A DNA stretch of 64,000 bases, from assembly GCA_022763365.1 (NCBI GenBank), contig JALEGN010000013.1:44118-108117 (forward strand), in the 5' to 3' direction. Under the pieces are notes generated by a model that worked only from the letters and a program-made list of their open reading frames with translations, did no database searches and was not told the DNA's origin. A program made the translations under genes and the position numbers. Positions 39,687-49,621 of this stretch are shown here, one piece after another. Within the stretch, counting starts at the first letter, position 1. Each line of letters starts with the position of its first letter. The stretch comes from Minisyncoccota bacterium. Its GTDB lineage: Bacteria; Patescibacteriota; Minisyncoccia; Phycocordibacterales; UBA1006.

Positions 39687-39719
39687 AACATTATTGTAAC
39701 AAAAGACGGGTAATTTTAC

Positions 39720-40193
39720 ATGATATACTATACATATATGGAACAACAAAAAGCACCAGCATTTAATATACCTGATCAAAAAGGAAAAGAACGAGGCCTT
39801 GAAGAATTTAAAGGTCAAAAGATTTTACTTTATTTCTATCCGAAGGATATGACACCAGGATGTACCACCGAAACTATCGGTTTTCAAGATTTAAAAGAAG
39901 ATTTCAAAAAACTTAATACTACTATTATTGGAATTTCAAAAGATAGTGTTGCTAGTCACGAGAAATTTTGTGAAAAACACAACCTCGATATTATCCTTCT
40001 TTCAGACGAAGAAACTACTATGATTCAGGAATATGGCGTATGGCAAGAGAAATCTATGTTCGGTAAAAAATATATGGGAATATCACGAGAATCATTTTTA
40101 GTTGATGAAGAAGGAATTATTATGAAACATTGGGATAAAGTAAAACCTGCTCATCATCCACAAGAAGTCCTTGATTATATTTCATCATTATAA
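39720..40193 (+). CDS. bcp: Peroxiredoxin Bcp (thiol peroxidase, AhpC/TSA family)
   Basis: FYPKDMTPGCTTE peroxidatic Cys motif; followed by a terminator at about 40193-40220. Confidence 0.9.
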   Translation: MIYYTYMEQQKAPAFNIPDQKGKERGLEEFKGQKILLYFYPKDMTPGCTTETIGFQDLKEDFKKLNTTIIGISKDSVASHEKFCEKHNLDIILLSDEETTMIQEYGVWQEKSMFGKKYMGISRESFLVDEEGIIMKHWDKVKPAHHPQEVLDYISSL

Positions 40194-40213
40194 AATACCC
40201 AAAAGGGTATTTT

Positions 40214-40693
40214 TTAATCTTGCATCATGGCAATAACTGATCGAAAGCCTTTCTTTTTTAAATACCGAAGATAATGTTTTATACCATGTTTAAATTCAGG
40301 ATCATGTTTGAGCGTATACCCTAGTAACAAGGTGAATCCGATGTATTGAACCCCAGTAAGAAAAGCAATTTTATATGGGATCTCTCGCCTCATGTAAAAA
40401 TATACGAAAATTGATTTTACAATCCAATTTACTGCTGAAAAAATCAGTGTTGGTAAGACCTGTAACCACGATGGACCTGTAACCACTGCTGCAGTAGCGC
40501 TTCCACTAATAATAAAAATATCAATAAATAAGGCGACCACACTCCAAAGTAGTAAAATAATACATTGTTCAAAGACACGCTTATTAAAGGGTTTCTGAAA
40601 TGCTTTCAATGCTATATCTTGCTCTTCTTGAGATAGATGTTCATCATTATCAAGAAATATTTTAAAGTTTTTATAAAGTCGTTTATACGTCAT
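40214..40693 (-). CDS. 4-TM membrane protein, paralog B
   Basis: About 60% identical to the upstream paralog C (FQKPFNKRVFEQCIILLLWSVVAL...LKHDPEFKHGIKHYLRYLKKKG); start overlaps the stop of paralog C. Confidence 0.55.
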   Translation of the reverse strand: MTYKRLYKNFKIFLDNDEHLSQEEQDIALKAFQKPFNKRVFEQCIILLLWSVVALFIDIFIISGSATAAVVTGPSWLQVLPTLIFSAVNWIVKSIFVYFYMRREIPYKIAFLTGVQYIGFTLLLGYTLKHDPEFKHGIKHYLRYLKKKGFRSVIAMMQD

Positions 40694-40694
40694 G

Positions 40695-41186
40695 CTAAGT
40701 TTTTTTCATCATACCAAGGATAAAACGAATACCTTTTTTCCTAAGAAATCGAATATAATGTTTTAAACCAAATCTAAACTCTGGATCATGTTTTAAGGTA
40801 TGGGCTAAGAGAATAGTGAATCCAACATACTGTACACCTGTCATAAAAGCAACACCAAGAGGAACTTCTTTTTTTAAATACCAATATACAAATCCCCATT
40901 TTAATAACCAATTTACTGCTGAAAAAATCAGTGTTGGTACAAGTTGAATCCATGCAGGACCTTTAATAATAGCAGCTGTTGCTGACCCACCAATAATAAA
41001 GGTATCAATCGTTAGCCCAATAACACTCCAAAATATAAGAATAATAGACAACTGAAAGACCCTTTTGTTAAAGGGTTTTTCAAAAGACTTAAGAGCTGCT
41101 TGTTGCTCCTCCTCAGTCATATATTCATCATGGGTATCAATATAATACCTAAAGTGCTTACATAAATTATCGTAGACCATAATCAA
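40695..41186 (-). CDS. 4-TM membrane protein, paralog C
   Basis: FEKPFNKRVFQLSIILIFWSVIGL...GGSATAA...LKHDPEFRFGLKHYIRFLRKKG; ATGA overlap with the rpiB stop. Confidence 0.55.
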   Translation of the reverse strand: MIMVYDNLCKHFRYYIDTHDEYMTEEEQQAALKSFEKPFNKRVFQLSIILIFWSVIGLTIDTFIIGGSATAAIIKGPAWIQLVPTLIFSAVNWLLKWGFVYWYLKKEVPLGVAFMTGVQYVGFTILLAHTLKHDPEFRFGLKHYIRFLRKKGIRFILGMMKKT

Positions 41187-41650
41187 TTGTCAAAACTATC
41201 AAATTCAATTTTCTCAATTCTACGAATATGACGCTCTTCTTCGGTAAAAGGAATTTCAAGCCAAAATAATACTGACTCAAGCATCTCTTCATTACTCAAA
41301 AATCGCGCACCAATAGAAAGAATATTAGCATTATTATGCTCCCGCGAGAGCTTAATTATTTCTGGATTAAAATGATAATAGGTAGTTGCTCGAACATTTG
41401 GATATCGATTGGCAACTATTGCCTCACCTTGCCCTGACCCACCGAAAATAATTGCCCTATCTTGTGTGGATTGAGAAACAGCTCCAGCAGCTAATTTAAT
41501 ATAATCAGGATAATCATCATTTTGATCATAGACATCAGCTCCATGATCAACAAAATTGTAGTTTAATTCTTCTAAGGCAGTTTTTAAAAATTCTTTCATT
41601 TCAAAACCAGCATGATCAGTAGCTAAATGAATTGTTCCATTAAATTCCAT
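41183..41650 (-). CDS. rpiB: Ribose-5-phosphate isomerase B
   Basis: IHLATDHAGFEMKEFLK, IIFGGSGQGEAIVANRYP, ANILSIGARF match RpiB/LacAB. Confidence 0.9.
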   Translation of the reverse strand: MEFNGTIHLATDHAGFEMKEFLKTALEELNYNFVDHGADVYDQNDDYPDYIKLAAGAVSQSTQDRAIIFGGSGQGEAIVANRYPNVRATTYYHFNPEIIKLSREHNNANILSIGARFLSNEEMLESVLFWLEIPFTEEERHIRRIEKIEFDSFDN

Positions 41651-41690
41651 ACTATCTTTAGTATATCAGTACATACAAAAAAGGAGAATA

Positions 41691-42110
41691 TTATGCTCCT
41701 TTTTCTGAGTTTAGTATATATACGGCAGCATCTTGAACATGTTTAAATCTATCAGATTCCAGTTTAATACCACCGTACCAACGCGTTACACAAATAACGA
41801 TATTAACCATGTTATTATTTTGTAAAACCCTTAGAATAATTTGTCCCGCACCGGTTTCTCCATCATCATTTTTAGACTCATAAACAGCTCCGTCATTTGA
41901 TATACGTACTGCCCAGCTATGATGTGTTGCCTTATGATGGTTTTTTAATTTCTTTGTTTTCTTAAGAAAATTTTTAATGTCTTCTTGCTTATGAACCCTT
42001 CCCATTGAAACCGAGTATACCGACCTCCTGTCACTAATGATTTTTTCATAATGAATGAAATCTTGTTGTGGTTCTATACCACCTAAATCCATAGCCTGTG
42101 TTTTACTCAT
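41691..42110 (-). CDS. IMPACT/YigZ (UPF0029) family protein
   Basis: KATHHSWAVRI..DDGETGAGQIIL.VL....V.NIVICVTRWYGGIKL matches the YigZ N-terminal domain. Confidence 0.7.
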   Translation of the reverse strand: MSKTQAMDLGGIEPQQDFIHYEKIISDRRSVYSVSMGRVHKQEDIKNFLKKTKKLKNHHKATHHSWAVRISNDGAVYESKNDDGETGAGQIILRVLQNNNMVNIVICVTRWYGGIKLESDRFKHVQDAAVYILNSEKGA

Positions 42111-42969
42111 GATAATCTAAAAATTTATGACGAATCTCGTCAGTCATTACCATACAGGTATTCATTTTTCCAAACCAGCTATAGCGATTTTTGCTAACCC
42201 AAGTATAGACTGCATCACGAATAAATTTTGGAACTATCCAAAAAATATTAAACAATGGCCACAATTTTCCCATTGATCGCGTCATAGAAAAAATAGCGGA
42301 TGTTTTTGATTTATATTTCGTGTAATCATCAATTAAAATAACTGATTTCATAGTTGAATTATCAATTCCATATTGGTCTTGAATCTTTTGACCAATATCA
42401 GATTGTAGTGATGCAAAACGAAAGGTATCGTTGGGGTCATTTTTGAGCAGCAGCTGAACCGACCAATCACAAAGATTACACTCTCCATCAAAAAGTACTA
42501 TTTTCTTCTTTTGTTTCAAATATTTATGCAAAATATGAGATTGTTGTATTTCTTCTCGTACCTTCATCAAAATTTTTCCAAACCTATTTTCTCCTTTACC
42601 AGTTTTAATATTGACTCCCCAAAAGATATCATTCCAATAATTTCCTTCTTGTAAGTATTGATTGCCTGTTTCAAAGAGTTTTCTTTGCAATTCGGGATTT
42701 TGATACTTGATGCGAGTTAGCTCAAGCATAATATCTTCTTTCACCTCTTCCCAGTCGCTGCGAAGTTTTATCATTTCCCGCTGTTTCTTTTTAACAATTC
42801 TTGGATTAGATTCAGATGCGCAGAAATTTTTAAATGCTTTATCGTCACTTTTCTCTGAATGAAAAGCATTTTCGACGTTATGAAAAACTCGGCCTTTATA
42901 TTCCATTTGTACAGGCCAAAAATTTGAAAGCCATCGATATTTACCCTGAAACTCTTTAATCATAAACAA
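42103..42969 (-). CDS. Fusion protein: N-terminal NADAR (YbiA-like, DUF1768) domain plus C-terminal DCC-family thiol-disulfide oxidoreductase-like domain (DUF393)
   Basis: WLSNFWPV...VENAFHSEK..NPELQRKLFETGNQYLQE..WG (NADAR); IVLFDGECNLCDWSVQLLLKNDPNDTFRFASLQS (DCC CxxC). Confidence 0.6.
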   Translation of the reverse strand: MFMIKEFQGKYRWLSNFWPVQMEYKGRVFHNVENAFHSEKSDDKAFKNFCASESNPRIVKKKQREMIKLRSDWEEVKEDIMLELTRIKYQNPELQRKLFETGNQYLQEGNYWNDIFWGVNIKTGKGENRFGKILMKVREEIQQSHILHKYLKQKKKIVLFDGECNLCDWSVQLLLKNDPNDTFRFASLQSDIGQKIQDQYGIDNSTMKSVILIDDYTKYKSKTSAIFSMTRSMGKLWPLFNIFWIVPKFIRDAVYTWVSKNRYSWFGKMNTCMVMTDEIRHKFLDYHE

Positions 42970-42999
42970 AGTATACCAATTAAAAAGAAATAGTATTCA

Positions 43000-43983
43000 C
43001 TATTTCTTTATTTCTTCTTGGAGTTTCTTATAATTATTGAATAATTCTTGCTGTAATTCTCCAGACTCTAAAGCATTTTTAACAGCACATTCTGGTTCTT
43101 TATCATGGTTACAATTCCTGAATTTACACTGTAATGCTAGGTTTTCAATAATTTCGAAATTTTGATTCAATACCTCATCACCAACCGTCAGTCCAAACTC
43201 ACGTGTTCCAGGTGTATCAATCACAATAACATCGTTATCAAGGAGAAAAAGTTTACGAGCCGTCGTGGTATGTTTCCCTTTTCCGCTCCAGTCTGATACC
43301 TCACCAGTCAATTGCTGTCGCTCTTCATCGAGCATAGTATTAATAATTGATGATTTACCTACACCTGACGAACCGATAAATACCACGGTTTCTCCAGGTT
43401 TTAAGAAATTATGAATATCAGATAGCCCTTCGCCGGTTTCAAATGATGAATAGATCACTGGCACATTCGATGAAATTGATTCCATGTCTTCGTGGATTTT
43501 GAAAATATTGTCAATCAAATCAACCTTATTAAGTACTATAAGAGGTTTAATATTCGTATCAGTCAGTTGAGTCAAAACACGCTCTAAACGATTTACATTA
43601 AAATCTTGTGCCAATGATTGTACAATTACCGCTGTATCCACATTCGTTGCCATGATCTGCACCTCCGTATCACTGTGTGCCCGACGACGCTCCAGAATTG
43701 TTCGCCGAGGTAAGATTTCCTCAATAATATTCGCATTATCGCGCGCGCCTAATGAAACAGCTACCCAATCTCCAACTATTGGTTTTGAATAGACATCAAC
43801 ATCCTTAAGACGATTTCCAGTGATTTCTGCCACGATTTCACCACTCTCAGTTATCAATTCATAATTGGTTCGATGCACTGATAAAACCCGTGCTGGAATC
43901 AGCTCGTTTTTTTCATTCACACTATTTTGAAATGTTGATTCCAAATCAGCATTCCATCCATATTTTTGTAAGTGATTAAACAT
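43000..43983 (-). CDS. rsgA: Ribosome small-subunit-dependent GTPase A
   Basis: Circularly permuted GTPase: NKVDL before GSSGVGKSS; DTPGTREF; C-terminal zinc knuckle CKFRNCNHDKEPEC. Confidence 0.9.
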   Translation of the reverse strand: MFNHLQKYGWNADLESTFQNSVNEKNELIPARVLSVHRTNYELITESGEIVAEITGNRLKDVDVYSKPIVGDWVAVSLGARDNANIIEEILPRRTILERRRAHSDTEVQIMATNVDTAVIVQSLAQDFNVNRLERVLTQLTDTNIKPLIVLNKVDLIDNIFKIHEDMESISSNVPVIYSSFETGEGLSDIHNFLKPGETVVFIGSSGVGKSSIINTMLDEERQQLTGEVSDWSGKGKHTTTARKLFLLDNDVIVIDTPGTREFGLTVGDEVLNQNFEIIENLALQCKFRNCNHDKEPECAVKNALESGELQQELFNNYKKLQEEIKK

Positions 43984-44038
43984 CTATAATTGAAGTATAG
44001 CAAATAAAAAAAAGAGCATAAGCTCTTCATTTTATTTT

Positions 44039-45082
44039 TTAAAGATTTTCTCCCATTTCTAGGGTGTGACGGATAAGTGTATTAGTATACCCCATCTCAT
44101 TGTCATACCACGCCAAAACCTTCACGAGGTTTCCATCAACAACTCGGGTCATAGCTAAATCTGCCATAGATGCATGCGTATTTCCAATAATATCTGACGA
44201 TACTAATGGTTCTTCGGTTACGGTGAAGATACCTTCGTATTTATCTTCTTTAGCTGCTGCGCGGAGGATGTCGTTTACCTCTTCTACTGAAGTATCACGT
44301 GACGCAATAAAGGTAATATCAGCCACTGATCCAGAAATTACTGGAACTCGGCAGGCAATACCATCAAATTTACCAACCAATTCTGGAATAGCTTTGGTTA
44401 CGGCAATCGCTGCTCCTGTTGAGGTTGGAATAATATTTGCAGCGGCAGCTCGTCCTTTTCGATAATCAGAACCTCGTACTGGACCATCAACAATAGATTG
44501 TGTTGAGGTATATCCATGCGTCGTGTTTAAGAGTGCCTTTTCAATACCAATAGTATCTTTCAAAATTTGTACGAGTGATGATGAAGCATTCGTGGTACAT
44601 GAACCGTTTGAGGTAATTTGGCAGGTTTTAATAATGTCGTTATTTACTGACATAATACCTGTTGCTGCTTTAATACCTTCTCGAGACTGTCCTTTTCCTG
44701 GACCTGAGATAATAACTCGCTTTGAACCAGCATCTAAGTGTAATGCTGCCTTATCATATTCGGTAAAGAATCCTGTTGATTCAATCACCACATCAACATC
44801 CATTTCTCCCCATGGTAGATTTTGAGGTTCTCGTTCTTGAAGAACGCGGATATCATCACCATTTACAAAAAGATGTGATCCATCTTCTGAAGTTGTTACC
44901 TCAAGACCACTTGGACCCTGAGCTGAATCGTATTTCAAAAGATAGGCTAAGTTATTAATATCTCCTAAATCATTTACAGCTACAATATCAATATTTGGAT
45001 ATTGTGCGTAGGCCAGTCGTAAAAATGCTCGTCCAATACGACCAAATCCATTAATTGCTACTTTCATTTTTTTATTTTCCAT
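44039..45082 (-). CDS. gap: Glyceraldehyde-3-phosphate dehydrogenase
   Basis: MKVAINGFGRIGR, SNGSCTTN active-site Cys region, WYDNEMGY. Confidence 0.95.
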   Translation of the reverse strand: MENKKMKVAINGFGRIGRAFLRLAYAQYPNIDIVAVNDLGDINNLAYLLKYDSAQGPSGLEVTTSEDGSHLFVNGDDIRVLQEREPQNLPWGEMDVDVVIESTGFFTEYDKAALHLDAGSKRVIISGPGKGQSREGIKAATGIMSVNNDIIKTCQITSNGSCTTNASSSLVQILKDTIGIEKALLNTTHGYTSTQSIVDGPVRGSDYRKGRAAAANIIPTSTGAAIAVTKAIPELVGKFDGIACRVPVISGSVADITFIASRDTSVEEVNDILRAAAKEDKYEGIFTVTEEPLVSSDIIGNTHASMADLAMTRVVDGNLVKVLAWYDNEMGYTNTLIRHTLEMGENL

Positions 45083-45134
45083 AATGTCATTATTATATCA
45101 TGACTGTATGAGTAAAAGAAAAATCAACACATAA

Positions 45135-45833
45135 CTAATTATCTGTTGATTCAAAAGGATTTAAATCATCTCTTATTTTTCTAATTTGTTTTTCAAGTTT
45201 TGGAAACCATTCACCAAAACGTAGACGAAGTCCATAATCTACACGCTCGTCTTCTGGAAACCAGGCAATATGAAAACGAATCCTTTTTTTACGTTCACTT
45301 CCGACATTAAATTGAAATTCACCTCGGGGACCGATAAACTCATCCCGCGAAGCAATTCCCAATCTCACATCTGATTGTATGATATTTATCATCAATGATG
45401 TTGAAACACCATGATTTTTAATCCAGTTTGATCCGTAATTGATGCGGAGTAAACCCCAATCAAAACGTTGCCTAAAACCACCGCGTAGGATTGCATTCCA
45501 CTCACCTGAATCATAAAGATATTCATAACCAGGTGTGATGGTTAAGAGTGTATTTGCTTCAGCATCAAAAGGAACAGTCATGCCAACAAAGGTTTCAGCT
45601 CGGTTTAAACGAAACCGCAGGCGAAATTCAAAAGGATATTTAATACCAAACAATGTTTGATCAAGCACTCCTTCTATTTGATTCCACCTAACACGTACAT
45701 CAATTCGAGAAATATACCATTTAGGTTTTTTGATTGTTAGAGTATCATTTTCTTCTCTATTCTGAACAAGATTTTCTTGAGAAAAACCATATCCATACAT
45801 AAACAAGAAAATAATGAATATGATTTTTTTCAT
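45135..45833 (-). CDS. Secreted beta-strand-rich hypothetical protein (possible envelope/outer-membrane-like protein)
   Basis: Signal peptide MKKIIFIIFLFMYGYGFSQ; alternating hydrophobic/polar strands; resembles the 53224-53904 protein in architecture. Confidence 0.4.
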   Translation of the reverse strand: MKKIIFIIFLFMYGYGFSQENLVQNREENDTLTIKKPKWYISRIDVRVRWNQIEGVLDQTLFGIKYPFEFRLRFRLNRAETFVGMTVPFDAEANTLLTITPGYEYLYDSGEWNAILRGGFRQRFDWGLLRINYGSNWIKNHGVSTSLMINIIQSDVRLGIASRDEFIGPRGEFQFNVGSERKKRIRFHIAWFPEDERVDYGLRLRFGEWFPKLEKQIRKIRDDLNPFESTDN

Positions 45834-45887
45834 GATTAATTTTTATTTCACTATTAATTTTACAATGTTTTGTAAAATAAAAAAGTA

Positions 45888-46457
45888 TCACTCAAGATAC
45901 TTTTTCTTATAATTTTTATAAGCTGGAATCCAATCTTCTTTGGTTATTTCTAATATCCACTCATCCCAATATTTTTCGTTATAAAACTTCTTATCAGGAA
46001 GCGTTGCAATTTGCCTGTAACCACACTTCAAAGAATAAGTTCGAGAACGTTCATTATATGCATAAACTTTCGAGTATAGTTTTCGTAAATCTAATACATT
46101 AAATGCAAAATCCAATAATAAGTGCTTAGCTTCTGTTCCGTATCCTTGGTTAGTAAAACTTTCACCAATCATAGTTCCTGTCTCAGCAAAACCATCATAT
46201 TTTTTAATATCCATTATTGAAATACTTCCAATTACCGTATCTGTTTCTAATAGTCTTATAACGAAAAAATATTTTGACTTATCATCATTAGCTTTTTGAA
46301 TGAATTCTTTTTCTTTTTCTAAAGTCATACTATCAACAGTTTCAGCACCTAAATAATGCTTTACTTGATTGAAATACTTGGCCAAGGATTCAGAGTCTTT
46401 TTCGACAGAAGCTGGTCCGATAGATATTCTTTTAGATTTCAGTAAGGGTCCTTTCAT
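45888..46457 (-). CDS. GNAT-family N-acetyltransferase (RimJ/RimL-like)
   Basis: Acetyl-CoA-binding region ...FTNQGYGTEAKHLLLDFAF... Confidence 0.75.
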   Translation of the reverse strand: MKGPLLKSKRISIGPASVEKDSESLAKYFNQVKHYLGAETVDSMTLEKEKEFIQKANDDKSKYFFVIRLLETDTVIGSISIMDIKKYDGFAETGTMIGESFTNQGYGTEAKHLLLDFAFNVLDLRKLYSKVYAYNERSRTYSLKCGYRQIATLPDKKFYNEKYWDEWILEITKEDWIPAYKNYKKKYLE

Positions 46458-46504
46458 AATTAAAATTTTATTTCATAATATATGACGAGTATCGCTATTA
46501 TTTA

Positions 46505-49500
46505 TTACAAAAGATTTAACTGTTCGTAAGTTCGAGGCCCCCGAAGAACCTCCAAAAATTCTAACAACTCCTGATTTCCTTTATCTTTATAAAAGTCACC
46601 TTCTAAAAGATTCCCATTAAATACTTTTTCAGCAAGTTCGTTTATAAGTTCTCTGACTTCATCAACATCATCTTGCGTAATTTCAAAGAATGCTCGCTCA
46701 TATTCACCTTTTGTATTTGGCTCTAGAAAATCAAAAATAGCCGTATGAAAATTATATCTTCCATCAAAAGCATTTTGGAGAAGTAATTTATAAAAAGCAG
46801 CTTGTCGTTTTGTCTTTGCCTTGCGGTCTTTGTCCATGTCGCTATAGGCTCGTCCAGTTTTATAATCCCAGACAGTTATCTCGCCAGCTTCGTTCACCGT
46901 GATTTTATCCATGACTCCAGTTAAATTAATAACCTGACCATTATCTAATTCAAAAGGAATAGATGAAATCCTTTTTTCATTCTCCATTGGAATTTCAAAA
47001 GTCTCGTAATATTTATCAAAATAATGTGAAACAATATTCCAGCCCATATCTTTATGTTCTTGATAGAGATGGTTTTGTTCAACAATCATATTAAAAGACT
47101 GTTCTAATACATCTTTTCCTAAAATTTCTTGTTTTTTAATACACTCGTCAAAATATTTCTCGAGTGTCTCATGAAGCATATTCCCTTTATCGAGAAATGG
47201 TGAACGTGCCTCGGGTAAATAAATTAAATTTCTAAAATAATATTTCAGTGGAGACTCTGCATAATTATTTAATGCTGAAACCGAAAGTTTATTTTTCAAA
47301 AATCGCTCTTTCACAAATTCATCATCAACCAAGGAAACAATATGTTCTTGTGATTTATTAAATAGTAGTGCGAGGTCTTTTGTATGTTCTTTCTCCCAAT
47401 CACTCATATCAATCGTTTCTAGTCCATCAGTTTCACCTATATGTAATGACCTCGTTTTCTCTCGCCCTTCTTCGTTATAGATATATGAACTTATCAGGCA
47501 GTTTTTCCGAGCGCGTGTAATAGCTACGTAAAATAATCGACGTTCATCTTCGGTACCACCGTCTTCAAAGTCTTTAAATGGCAGGGTAATTTCATTTCCT
47601 ATTTTTCGTTTTGAAAGTGCTTTGATCATATACACCGTATCAAACTCAAGTCCCTTTGAACCATGGAAAGTCAAAAGATTCACACCATCTGATAATGTAT
47701 TGGTAACATTCATGGTAACGCCATGTTTCCGCATCGTATCCAGATATTTCATAAAATTTGAGACCGTGAAATCCACTCTGGCGAGTTGTTCTTTTTTTAA
47801 TTCATCAAAGAGTTTTTCAACTTTTTGAAGAGCTAATACTGATTGAGGTCGACTAAGAATATATTTCAAAAATCCTGATTCACGTACGAAATCTGAAAAG
47901 AAACTCACCGTATCTGACTCCTCAGCAGCTCGTTTCTGCTCTTTGAGCATGCTTACGAAATCTGCATAGCTATCCAAATTTTCTTTAGCAATACCGGCAT
48001 CTTCTAATTTCTTTGGATCTTCGAGAATACTCATGATGGCACTATTGTATTCTCCTTTTGCGTAGCGAGATTTTTGTAAAATTCTCTGCACATCAAAAAC
48101 ATCAAATTCAAGGAAATCAATAAAGAGTGATTTTGCCATTGCCTCATTATCAGCTGGATTATGAACTGCCCGCAGTAGATAAAATAATTTTTGGATGTCA
48201 GGGTCACGTAAGATATTCTTTTTAGAAAAATCTTTGTACGCAATTCCATAAATATCCAGAAGCCGTCTAATATCATCAGCATCAGCATTATTTCGATACA
48301 GGACCGCTATTTCGTTCGGTTCTTCACCATTATCAATACGAGATTTGATATCTTGAACCAACCAAATCATCTCCATTTTATGATCATTAAATTCTCGATA
48401 CTCGAGAACTCCATCATATGTTTGAAATGCTTCTAATGTTTGCTCACCTGCATGATGAGCTGATTTTTGAATCAGTGAATGTGAACTATCTAAAACACCT
48501 TGATGCGAACGATAATTTTTTTGGAGGTTAATAACTAGTGGTTCAGATAATGATTCTAGTAATCTTGTATACGATTCTTCACTCGCTCCTGCAAAACGGA
48601 AAATTGCCTGCTTTGAATCTCCTACAACAAAAATATTTGGCTTGCCTTCTGATACTGGATTATCAATCAAGTATCTGACAATGGTATTTTGTGCATCGTT
48701 GGTATCCTGATGTTCATCAACCAGAATATATTGAAACTGTTCTTGTAACTCTATTTTGAAAATTGATTCGTCTTGAGAAAGCTCATGAATCATCCGCACA
48801 ATAACATCAGAAAAATCATAGATACTTTGCTTTTGAAGTTCAGCTTCGTAGACTTCATAAATATCAGCGAGCTCAAGATTCTTATCACGACGCTGGGTTA
48901 ATTTACGTAGTTCCTGAGGTTTAATATCTCCTGCATTGAATTCTTTATATTTTCGTTTATAGCGAATATCATCTGATTCAATATCTAAGTCATATTGTGT
49001 ATTGATATGTTCACGGAACTGACCGCTATTCATTCCTTCACCCTTAATTTTTCCAATAGCAAAAGCAATAGATTTAATCGTTGAGTCTCGACGTTTAAAG
49101 ACTGAAAAATATTCTGTTTTCTGTTCATCAACAATTTTTTCAAGGAGCTCAATTTGCTCTATCGGAGAAATCAAACGCGTTCCATACACGGAATCAAATA
49201 CATCACGATATTGTTTCATCATATCTTCAGCAAATGAGTGGAAGGTAGATATGTATACTCGATGTGCCAATTCTGCCCCAACGATACCTCCAAGTCGCTC
49301 TCGCATGTTATAGGCCGCTGCATTTGTAAAGGTTAAGGCCAAAATATTTTCAGGCTCAATATCTGATTGCCGTAAAATATTTGCGATCCTTAGTGTTAAA
49401 ATCTGAGTTTTTCCTGTTCCGGGACCAGCCATAACAAAAACTGGACCGTCAATCGTATCGACGGCTTGTTTTTGTTCAGGATTCAATCGTTCGTAAAGTT

Positions 49501-49522
49501 CGTTGAATTGAGATTCATTCAT
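46505..49522 (-). CDS. UvrD/PcrA/AddA-type superfamily-1 helicase with C-terminal RecB-like (PD-(D/E)xK) nuclease domain
   Basis: Walker A MAGPGTGKTQIL; helicase motifs through VGDSKQAIFRF.GA; C-terminal GVMDKIT...VWDYKTGRAY (RecB nuclease motif III DYKTG). Confidence 0.8.
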   Translation of the reverse strand: MNESQFNELYERLNPEQKQAVDTIDGPVFVMAGPGTGKTQILTLRIANILRQSDIEPENILALTFTNAAAYNMRERLGGIVGAELAHRVYISTFHSFAEDMMKQYRDVFDSVYGTRLISPIEQIELLEKIVDEQKTEYFSVFKRRDSTIKSIAFAIGKIKGEGMNSGQFREHINTQYDLDIESDDIRYKRKYKEFNAGDIKPQELRKLTQRRDKNLELADIYEVYEAELQKQSIYDFSDVIVRMIHELSQDESIFKIELQEQFQYILVDEHQDTNDAQNTIVRYLIDNPVSEGKPNIFVVGDSKQAIFRFAGASEESYTRLLESLSEPLVINLQKNYRSHQGVLDSSHSLIQKSAHHAGEQTLEAFQTYDGVLEYREFNDHKMEMIWLVQDIKSRIDNGEEPNEIAVLYRNNADADDIRRLLDIYGIAYKDFSKKNILRDPDIQKLFYLLRAVHNPADNEAMAKSLFIDFLEFDVFDVQRILQKSRYAKGEYNSAIMSILEDPKKLEDAGIAKENLDSYADFVSMLKEQKRAAEESDTVSFFSDFVRESGFLKYILSRPQSVLALQKVEKLFDELKKEQLARVDFTVSNFMKYLDTMRKHGVTMNVTNTLSDGVNLLTFHGSKGLEFDTVYMIKALSKRKIGNEITLPFKDFEDGGTEDERRLFYVAITRARKNCLISSYIYNEEGREKTRSLHIGETDGLETIDMSDWEKEHTKDLALLFNKSQEHIVSLVDDEFVKERFLKNKLSVSALNNYAESPLKYYFRNLIYLPEARSPFLDKGNMLHETLEKYFDECIKKQEILGKDVLEQSFNMIVEQNHLYQEHKDMGWNIVSHYFDKYYETFEIPMENEKRISSIPFELDNGQVINLTGVMDKITVNEAGEITVWDYKTGRAYSDMDKDRKAKTKRQAAFYKLLLQNAFDGRYNFHTAIFDFLEPNTKGEYERAFFEITQDDVDEVRELINELAEKVFNGNLLEGDFYKDKGNQELLEFLEVLRGPRTYEQLNLL

Positions 49523-49621
49523 AGTTCCATTATACCAAAGCTAAAAATAAACTGACTCGCAGTTTATTTTTGACTTAAATATTTAAATTTATATAGTTAA
49601 ATAAAATAAAAAATCAAATAT

